From an uncultured virus (IMG/VR IMGVR_UViG_3300030118_005288) (Duplodnaviria > Heunggongvirae > Uroviricota > Caudoviricetes): DNA of 20,000 nucleotides. The stretch covers positions 50,446 through 70,445 of IMG/VR virus record IMGVR_UViG_3300030118_005288; one strand, 5' to 3'. The notes below the pieces were generated by a model. The model saw only the letters and a program-made list of their open reading frames with translations, searched no databases and was not told where the DNA came from. Each line of letters opens with the position of its first letter. Position 1 is the stretch's first letter. The translations under genes and the position numbers were made by a program. Below are positions 7,699 to 15,700 of the stretch, one piece after another.

Positions 7699-10356
7699 AT
7701 GATATATTTTTTTGGAAAATTACACCCTTATTTTTTAAGCCCTAAGCATTATAGCGGCCCAGCGCCTGCAAACGATGCTGGCGAAGGTGAAAACGAACAA
7801 CCTGCTATTGAACCTGCACTACCAAGTGAAGATCCTGCTGAAGACCCAGGTCCAGCTGAACCAGTTGAAGAGCCTGTTGTTGATGATGATGATGATGATG
7901 ATGGTGAAACGCCTAATGTTGATGATAACGACACGCCAAACCCTTATACTCCTCCTAAAATAAAAAAACCAAAGAAAAAGAAAAAAAAGAAACAACCTCC
8001 AAGACGTCCAAAACCTAAAAATTGTCCAGAGTGTATATGGGACGGTAAACAATGGGTAAGGCCTAAAACTGTAAAGCAAGACATCATAGAAACTAGTGGT
8101 GGTGAAAGAGTAGTATCTCCAATACAAAGTAAAGAAAAATTATACAAAACAATATCTTGTCCTTGTGGTTCTTATGCTATGTATGACTTTAATGGTGATA
8201 TAGCTTGTGAAAGAGATGCGTTTGGACTAAAACAGTATATAGCACCTACTCACATAGCTAACCATACGATAGGTGGACTTTCACCTACAATTGGTGATAA
8301 ATGGGTTTGCACAGGTGATTTTCACTGTCATCAAGATGATTTTAAGTTTGATACTTTTCACGTTGTTTTTGTAGAAGAAAATATTTCTGATGTTACAAGT
8401 TCTTTAGTTGATTCTTTAGTTTCTTTTTCTAATTGTTATATACCAAAAACATCTTTAAAAAATCTTCAAAATAGATTAAGTAGTAACACGCAGTATATAG
8501 ATGATTTTTTATTTAGTGAAAAAAATCCATTAGCATCTAAAGATGACGAACAACGAGGGTTTGACGATTTACCAGAAGGAATAGATTTTCTTAGAGACTT
8601 GCTTAAGTTTGATAAAAAAGTAAACGACGCACCAGTTTTTCCTACTTTTGCAAGAGCTTTACTTTGGGATAATATATATGGTCAAGGTTCTAACGTTTAC
8701 ACAGAATATATTAAAGACGGTATTGTAAATTATCTTCCTGGTTATCAAGACGTTAGCAATAAATATATATATAAAGTTTTTGTAAATAACAAAGATGTTT
8801 TAAAACTAAACGAATCAACAGCGTTCAACTATGTTTCTTACGAATCTCAAAAAGGTAGATTAATTTTAGATGCAATTGGTGGAGAGATAGTTATAAAACT
8901 TAACTCTATGGGTAAGGTTATAGTAGACATATCTATTGAAGATAGTTCTGGTTGTAATGTTTTAGACAAAAAAGCTAAGAATATAAGTTTTAACGGTGAA
9001 TACATATATAGATATAATATAGGTTCTTTACCCAAAAACAAAGCTAAAGAAATTTATAGTATAAAAATAACACCTAGTGCTGACACTTCGTTTTTTGCTG
9101 GTACAGAGTATTACAAGGGCAGCGTTTTAAACTACAAGGTTTATCAATATAAAGACCCAGTAGTTACTTTTGGAATACCAAGTGGCTCAATAACAAACGC
9201 TACTATAACCTCAACTAGTACTACTGTAACGGGTAAAACTAATAGATACTTTGAAGATCTACCTAATTATGCTCCGGTAGTACATGAAACAACAATAACT
9301 AGAAGTTCTGGTAGTGATAAATATTATAAAAAACCAAACATTATTTTTGAAAACATTATATCCAATACAGCTGTTATTAAAAAGCAAATTGTAGGTAGAA
9401 AAGTTAGCAACGAACTTGGTGAATGTTTAAGTGAGTTTATTGCTATTACAGCTCCATCTACAGACGGTTCAACAACATTTACAAACAGTGATATGGAGCC
9501 AGGTATGAGAGTTGAAGGTAAGCATACAGTAACTAAAACAATAACAAAAATTATTGATATTGAAGAGCATTTAAAAGAACCTTGCGATCATTGTGATAGA
9601 GATTTAGATATACTAACAAATAAAATTGAATTAGAAGATACTTATGATTTATATGTAGGCATGCTTGTTGAAGGTGTCGATACAAAAGGAGTAGAGTTTA
9701 ATACAGAGATATTGAGTATAGATTCTAATAAATGTATTGAGCTAACAACTCAACATCTTTTTGATTATTATTCTGATTTAACGTTTACTTATGAAGATGG
9801 TGGTGATATAATTGAAGTAAAAAATGATAATACTATAGTGTTAAACTCTTGTATAAAACTACCTAAAACAACAGTTCTTGACGTTTACAAGGCGTATAAA
9901 CCTAAAATTAACGCTTCAATGCATGTTGATAAAAGTGGTGATACTACCGTTAAAATAACAACGACTATTAATGATTTACACTTTAACAGTGATGATGTTA
10001 CTTTTTCTTTTGATGTCGGTGATATAATAACCACCAAACCAAACGCGCAAGATCAATATGTAACCGCTACTAAAGACGACACGACCGGTGCCAAAGGATT
10101 AACTTGTCTTATAGACTTTGTAAGAAACGATACTGATTATAATAAAGATAGCAAAGTTTTAACTATAACAAAAGAACCTAAAAGAGGTTCAATTGAAGGA
10201 ACAGGACCGGTTGACGGTGAAGGTACATTTACCAACACAAGAATTAAACTTTACACGCCAAACAAAGGTTTTGTTGGAACTGATACAATAAAATTTACAC
10301 TAGGAGATGGCGCAAACACTAGTGATGAAAAAACAATATATATAACAGTAAAATAA
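7699..10356 (+). CDS. Putative virion/tail accessory protein with acidic-then-basic low-complexity N-terminus and C-terminal Ig-like (Big_9/cadherin-like) domain
   Basis: 885-aa ORF starting 5 nt after the previous stop. The C-terminus (10036-10353) reads PNAQDQYV...IDFVRNDTD...TITKEPKRGSI...YTPNKGFVGTDTIKFTLGDG...TIYITV, the typical Big_9 pattern. Two GMxVEG motifs lie at ~9487-9519 and ~9646-9675. Confidence 0.7.
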   Translation: MIYFFGKLHPYFLSPKHYSGPAPANDAGEGENEQPAIEPALPSEDPAEDPGPAEPVEEPVVDDDDDDDGETPNVDDNDTPNPYTPPKIKKPKKKKKKKQPPRRPKPKNCPECIWDGKQWVRPKTVKQDIIETSGGERVVSPIQSKEKLYKTISCPCGSYAMYDFNGDIACERDAFGLKQYIAPTHIANHTIGGLSPTIGDKWVCTGDFHCHQDDFKFDTFHVVFVEENISDVTSSLVDSLVSFSNCYIPKTSLKNLQNRLSSNTQYIDDFLFSEKNPLASKDDEQRGFDDLPEGIDFLRDLLKFDKKVNDAPVFPTFARALLWDNIYGQGSNVYTEYIKDGIVNYLPGYQDVSNKYIYKVFVNNKDVLKLNESTAFNYVSYESQKGRLILDAIGGEIVIKLNSMGKVIVDISIEDSSGCNVLDKKAKNISFNGEYIYRYNIGSLPKNKAKEIYSIKITPSADTSFFAGTEYYKGSVLNYKVYQYKDPVVTFGIPSGSITNATITSTSTTVTGKTNRYFEDLPNYAPVVHETTITRSSGSDKYYKKPNIIFENIISNTAVIKKQIVGRKVSNELGECLSEFIAITAPSTDGSTTFTNSDMEPGMRVEGKHTVTKTITKIIDIEEHLKEPCDHCDRDLDILTNKIELEDTYDLYVGMLVEGVDTKGVEFNTEILSIDSNKCIELTTQHLFDYYSDLTFTYEDGGDIIEVKNDNTIVLNSCIKLPKTTVLDVYKAYKPKINASMHVDKSGDTTVKITTTINDLHFNSDDVTFSFDVGDIITTKPNAQDQYVTATKDDTTGAKGLTCLIDFVRNDTDYNKDSKVLTITKEPKRGSIEGTGPVDGEGTFTNTRIKLYTPNKGFVGTDTIKFTLGDGANTSDEKTIYITVK
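7882..7902 (+). repeat. (GAT)7 in-frame trinucleotide repeat encoding poly-Asp
   Basis: Seven consecutive GAT codons seen directly in the sequence. Confidence 0.9.
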
Positions 10357-10357
10357 T

Positions 10358-10765
10358 ATGGCTTTAATAAACTTAGTTTTTAATCATGAATTAAATGTAT
10401 CTGTACAAGTAGGTGACGTTGTGTATTATATAGATAACACGCCTGTAGGTCAACCTAGAACATGGGCGCAAACTACAACACCTCATATTTCTGGTGATAG
10501 AGAAGATGTTATTATGATAGGTCCTGTTACCGCTATTATACCGTGGAACGGCACGGTGTCTATAATAGAAGCTGATTTTGATGATAATCTAGCAGCTCAA
10601 TATGGACCACCAACATCAAATAGTTTTATTATGTTTAGTAAAGATAATAAAGCAAATTTAAGTAGTTTGTTAGGTTATTATTCATTAGTTAAACTAAGAA
10701 ACAACGCTACAGATTATTCTGAAATATTTTCTATAGCTAGTGATTTTGTTGAAAGTAGTAAATAA
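10358..10765 (+). CDS. Small structural protein (135 aa), likely tail-associated
   Basis: ORF starts 1 nt after the upstream stop. Motifs LNVSVQVGDVVYY and FIMFSKDNKANLSSLLGYYSLVKLRN...EIFSIASDFVESSK; beta-strand-rich composition. Confidence 0.7.
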   Translation: MALINLVFNHELNVSVQVGDVVYYIDNTPVGQPRTWAQTTTPHISGDREDVIMIGPVTAIIPWNGTVSIIEADFDDNLAAQYGPPTSNSFIMFSKDNKANLSSLLGYYSLVKLRNNATDYSEIFSIASDFVESSK

Positions 10766-10805
10766 ACTGTAAAAAATGTAATTATAAATAGATAAATATT
10801 ATATT
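10766..10805 (+). promoter_or_regulatory. Very AT-rich 40-nt intergenic spacer, possible phage late promoter and SD-less translation leader
   Basis: Longest intergenic gap in the window (ACTGTAAAAAATGTAATTATAAATAGATAAATATTATATT), at the boundary between tail genes and putative internal-protein genes. No second copy is present in the window to define a motif. Confidence 0.3.
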
Positions 10806-11459
10806 ATGGCAAGAAATTATAAAAATAGTCCTTTAAAACTTATAAGTGGAGCTATAGATGCTTTGGCTGCTTACGACTGGGGAGGTAAAAGAAAAAAGGC
10901 AATAGCAGAAGCTCAAGATGAGTATGATACTCAAAAAAGAGCTTTTATGAATTTAGACACTAGCAACCTATATGGTGACGTATCTAATCCCTATGCTAAT
11001 ATGCAAAACACTATGGAGGACTTAACAGTTAATCAACAGCAAGCTCAGTTTGAAGCACAGCAAGGAGCACAACAAAGATCAAACATAATGAACCAAATGG
11101 CGGGTGCAGCTGGTAGTAGTGGTATAGCTGGTTTAGCTCAAGCTATGGCAAATCAAGGTCAGTTAGCAACACAAAGAGCTAGCGCTTCTATAGGACAGCA
11201 AGAAGCTGCTAATCAAAGAGCTGCTGCAGAACAAGCTGGTCAAATACAAAAACTAGAAAGACAAGGTGAGTTTAAAGCAGATATGACAAGGCGTGCTGGC
11301 GCTGAACAATCAAGAGCTTTAGAGAAAAACAAAACTAATACATTATTAGCTATGGCTACTAATAGGTTAGGTACCGCTAAAACAGCACACCAAGAAGCAC
11401 AGCAACAAATGTATCAAGGTATTGGTAGCATGTTTAGCTTAACAGACGATTTAAAGTAA
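10806..11459 (+). CDS. Q/A/G-rich helical protein, putative internal virion (ejection/pilot-like) protein
   Basis: 217 aa with a coiled-coil-like Gln/Ala-rich body (TVNQQQAQFEAQQGAQQRSNIM) and the Gly/Ala stretch GAAGSSGIAGLAQAMA. It sits directly after the tail genes, as podovirus ejection proteins do. Confidence 0.6.
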   Translation: MARNYKNSPLKLISGAIDALAAYDWGGKRKKAIAEAQDEYDTQKRAFMNLDTSNLYGDVSNPYANMQNTMEDLTVNQQQAQFEAQQGAQQRSNIMNQMAGAAGSSGIAGLAQAMANQGQLATQRASASIGQQEAANQRAAAEQAGQIQKLERQGEFKADMTRRAGAEQSRALEKNKTNTLLAMATNRLGTAKTAHQEAQQQMYQGIGSMFSLTDDLK

Positions 11460-11469
11460 CAATATTATT

Positions 11470-12471
11470 ATGGCAAACGGAAACGATAAAAATAAAGAAG
11501 CTGGGTTAATCATGAAACAAATGTTTTCTGAGGTGATAGCAAAGTCACTTAAAAACCTAGACGGTTATACAGATATACATTTTAACGACCCTAGTTATAT
11601 ACCAGAATCTTTAAATCCTGTTATCAAAAACTTTGTTTTAACTAAAAGAAAAGATTATGATTTTTTAAGAAATGAGTTAGAAAAATATGACAAAGCTAGC
11701 GATCAATACATGTCAATAAACAACGAAATAGAACACGTGCAGCGATCATTAATGAATTTAAGAAGTGATGTAGATTTATATAAAAAAGCCAAAATGGAAT
11801 TTAAAAAAATTGTTCCTGGTATGAATAAAGGTACTCAAGACGCTAATCATTTTTTAAACTCAGCTATATTTGGTGAGTTATCAAAAGCTGAAATAGATGT
11901 AAATGGTAATTTATTATTTGCTGTTGGCACACCTAATTTTCAAGATCCAAATGGTGAGCCAGAAATTAAAAAACACAAAATGAAAGACATGTCTAATCCA
12001 ATGATGGGTGCAGCGCCTATTATTACAGAACCTTATGGTACTAAAAATATGGTGTGGAAGTTAGCAGAAGACACGCATAAGAAAAAAGAGCTAGGCGCAG
12101 GTTTTGACAAGGAATGGACTAGAAAAGTTGTTGCTAACAATATAAATGAGTTTGGACCTAATAACACTATAGGTACGGCATTTACAGATTTAGCTGGTGA
12201 TGGTAGAACAAAATCTTTTGCAGATCAATACGAAGAAGGTTTAAAACCAAAGTTTTATACACACCCTATAACAGGTGAAAAACTACCAACTGATTCAACT
12301 TGGATGAAAGACCCTGCTAACACAGAAGTTTTAGGTATGTTATTAACTGATTACATAGTTGATGTTATGGCAGACATATATGGTGTTATAGACCCTGAAA
12401 CAGGCAAGATAGATAGAACTCCAGGAGATAAAGCTAGAGAACTAATTGCAAAATACTCTAAAAGAAATTAA
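11470..12471 (+). CDS. Hypothetical protein (333 aa), probably an internal virion protein
   Basis: Full ORF with an AT-rich leader, located between the Q/A-rich gene and the giant gene. No motif recognised. Confidence 0.7.
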   Translation: MANGNDKNKEAGLIMKQMFSEVIAKSLKNLDGYTDIHFNDPSYIPESLNPVIKNFVLTKRKDYDFLRNELEKYDKASDQYMSINNEIEHVQRSLMNLRSDVDLYKKAKMEFKKIVPGMNKGTQDANHFLNSAIFGELSKAEIDVNGNLLFAVGTPNFQDPNGEPEIKKHKMKDMSNPMMGAAPIITEPYGTKNMVWKLAEDTHKKKELGAGFDKEWTRKVVANNINEFGPNNTIGTAFTDLAGDGRTKSFADQYEEGLKPKFYTHPITGEKLPTDSTWMKDPANTEVLGMLLTDYIVDVMADIYGVIDPETGKIDRTPGDKARELIAKYSKRN

Positions 12472-12476
12472 ATAAT

Positions 12477-12709
12477 ATGACAAAAGACGAAGTAATAGCT
12501 AACGCAAAAGCTCAAGGTGCGTCAGAAGAAGAATTACAAATATTAAGAAACACTCCAGACAGCGAGTACGGTAACGTTCCTTCTGTGGGAAAGACGAGCG
12601 ACATCACGTCAACAGGCGCGAATGTGATGTCGAGCAGTACAGCGTCAGAGAGTACGGGTTTAAATTTGGAACCTGGTTCTTCGGATTCTATAAAAGACAC
12701 GGTAGATAA
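12477..12709 (+). CDS. Predicted 77-aa transframe product of the giant gene (join of 12477-12593 and -1 frame 12593-12709)
   Basis: After ...PSVGK the -1 frame reads DERHHVNRRECDVEQYSVREYGFKFGTWFFGFYKRHGR then TAA (12707-12709). This frame is closed upstream by TAA at 12572-12574 and has no ATG/GTG/TTG of its own. Confidence 0.6.
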
Positions 12710-15700
12710 ATCACCACCACCAACATCTGAAGGGGAATTTAATAAAATTAACTATGGAGGTGATATTTATGGTTCAAGTCCTTATCAAGTTATAGATGAA
12801 AATGGTAATATAAAAAACGTATCGGCAGAAGAGTATTTAAAACTATATACAGACGAACAAAGACAATTAGATAATTTTTTAGATGCTAGAGATAGAGTTA
12901 AAAACCAATATTATGTAGATGCAAGTTATTTTGAAGGTAAGGTAGATGAAACAAAATTAAGAGAGCAATTAAATGTAAAACTAAAACCTTTAAATGTTAA
13001 AATTAAAGAAGTAGCCCCTGGTTTTGACGCCTTAGAGTTTACTTATAAAGACGGAACGGTAGAAGAAATTTCTTTTGATGATTGGGGTATTATTAATTAC
13101 GGAGCAGGTAAAGGTGGAAATGTAAATAGAGGTCAAGGCGCATTGACTAATCAAGAAAGAGCTGATTTTATAAATGATATTATTGACTCTCAAATAGATT
13201 ACTTATCAAATCCTGATAGCCCGGGTTATAGTGAAAACTTTGATTGGGGTATTTATTCTGGTGCTATGAACATGATGGGTGTTGGTGCTGGTAACGCAAA
13301 ACATAGAACTCTGATAAATGAAAACGCAATGATTCAGCTTCAATATGATTATGAAGATATGATGACTGAAGCGGTTGTTAACGGTAATTGGAAAGCAATG
13401 CTCGAGTCGGGTGATTTAACTTCTGATGAATTGATGAGAGTAAAAAATGCAAAGTACATAGATTTAATGGGTATGGTAATGGAGAGCGATAGATATAAAA
13501 CCGCTATGGCTCAAATAGAAGTTACTTTAAACGAGCTTAAAGGAAGCTTATTACAAGAAGTATTTAGCGAGTATAATCCAGAGCCTATATACGATCAAAA
13601 CGGTGTGTTAACTGGTTTTAAAGACGATGAAAACTGGGTAGCAGGTGCTGCCGCTATATTTGAAAAAAGATTTAAAGATTTAAGAGAAGACGTAATAAAC
13701 GGTAACTCTGAATTAAGAAAAATTATTGGTAGTATTGATTATGCTGTTAACAGTGTTTTTGACCCTGTAATACAAGACGTTTCTGCTTACGAAGGTCGTA
13801 TCGATAGATATGGAGAGTTTGTAGGTAGTAGCGATGTACTAAGCAACATTTGGAAGTTTATAGATTTAAAAGCGCCTATGCAGCTAAATCAGTTCAATGC
13901 TTTAAACAACAGCAACCAGAAGTCTATTTTGCTAAAGCAAAAGAACAGCTTTGCAGATTGGCAGAGCGGAAAAGGTGATAACGTTTTTAGAAACTGGATA
14001 GGTGCAGAATATAACATTGCAACACGGTTAGACCCAACTATACACTTAATAGAAGAACAAACAGATGCATTAGACGAATATGACAAGTTTCAATGGGATT
14101 ATACCACGTCTGGCATGCCGTTAAATAGAAGGTATAATTTTGATAGAGAGCAAATAGAAAAACAAGGTTATATAGATATACCTGTTTGGTTTGCGGAAAT
14201 GCCAACTGGAGATTATTTAGATAAATATAAAATACTAGGTAAGGCAGACCCTAGAAACGAAAACGCCATGTTTGGCGAAGAAGGTACAGGGTTTATGATG
14301 AACGTTAGGTTTGATAACTTAGAAGACGCATACAAAGAAATAGACAACCAGTACAAGTTGGTTGAAATAGCTTTAGACATGGAGATAATAGAAGACTTGA
14401 TGAAAGCTAAAGATTTTCAAAACACGTTAGGTGAGCTAACTTATTCAAACTCAGCGTTATATGATGAAAACGGTAACTGGAATGTAACAGCAGACAATTG
14501 GCAGGCTGCTTTAGGTGACACTGGTATGACTATGCTTGCTAGTATATTTACTGGTGGTATGTATACATTTTTAGCTGAATCTGGTGGTTTTTACATGGAA
14601 GCTTTAGAACAAGCGGGTATGGAAGAGTTTGGTGTAGACAGATGGAACAACATGTCATTGGAAGAAAAGAAAAGAGAACTGAACAATCTTATTGACACTA
14701 GACCAGAAATAATGAATAACGCATTTACAGTTGGTGGTGTTAACATGATGTTAGATAATGTTTCTAATTTATTTTTTATTGGTAAAGTTGGTAAACCAGT
14801 TATACAAAATCTACCTAAAGCTTGGGGTCTTTTAGTTAGAGGTAACGCAAAAGCAGCTGTTCAAAACTTAGGACTTAAAAGTGGTATAAAAAACGTTTCA
14901 ACCGCTACTTTAGTAGAAAGTTTTATAGAAGCAATGCAAGAAGAAAACACACAGTATCATTTAGGTAATACTATTGAAACTTATCAACATAGTTTTAACG
15001 GTACTATAAACTCTGGTGTTACAGCTTTGTTAACTACGCCTGTGTTTTTAGGTACTGGTAGCACGTTAAGTTCGTTTACAGGCGCTGTATACAATAAGGT
15101 AACAGCAATGAATGCTGAACCTGGTAAAATTATAGAGTTTTGTGACAACCAAAGAAAAGCTTTGTTAGACGCTAGAGCTAACGACAAAATAACACAAGAC
15201 GCTTTTGCAGAAAGAATGCAGCTTGTAGATGCTGTTCAAGAAACATTTGCTGGTCTTGGTAAAGAAAATGGTGGTTATACCGCTGATAGAATATGGAGTG
15301 ATTCACAAATAATTAAAGAGGTTTTTGAAACTCAAGCTTCTATAGAACAAAATAAAATACAGTTACAAAATCTAAACCAACAAAAACAAAAAGCTAAAAA
15401 AAGATTTGGACAAGATTATGCCTCTGATTTTGACAAGGTTAAAAATCAAGAACAGCTAGACGCTGCTATAAAAAGAATTACTTTTTTAGAGTACGAAAGG
15501 ACTAAATTAAATCATCTTAACGATTATAAAACAAAAACACTTACTAAGGCCGCTGAGATAAACAGTGACGCTAGCAATGGTTATACGGCTGTTGTTAAAA
15601 AAAATACACAAGACGCTGTTGCGTATTTAAAAAGTATTGGCTTAACAGATGAACAAATACAAACTGTTGGCGCTGCGTTTTTAAACGGAGAAGCAAACGC

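Noticed and set aside
7691..7701. Stop read-through or recoding that fuses ORF1 to the 885-aa ORF
   Set aside because: Tandem TAA TAG stops and the next ORF is in a different frame. Long ORFs are intact under the standard code, so there is no sign of stop-codon reassignment.
7983..7989. A_AAA_AAG slippery heptamer in the poly-Lys tract of the 885-aa gene
   Set aside because: Explained by the Lys run. No convincing stimulatory stem at the right distance, and the -1 frame stops at 8016-8018 after 9 unremarkable codons.
12599..12632. Hairpin as an intrinsic terminator
   Set aside because: No U-tract follows on either strand, it lies inside a coding region, and its position 5 nt after a slippery heptamer fits a frameshift stimulator better.
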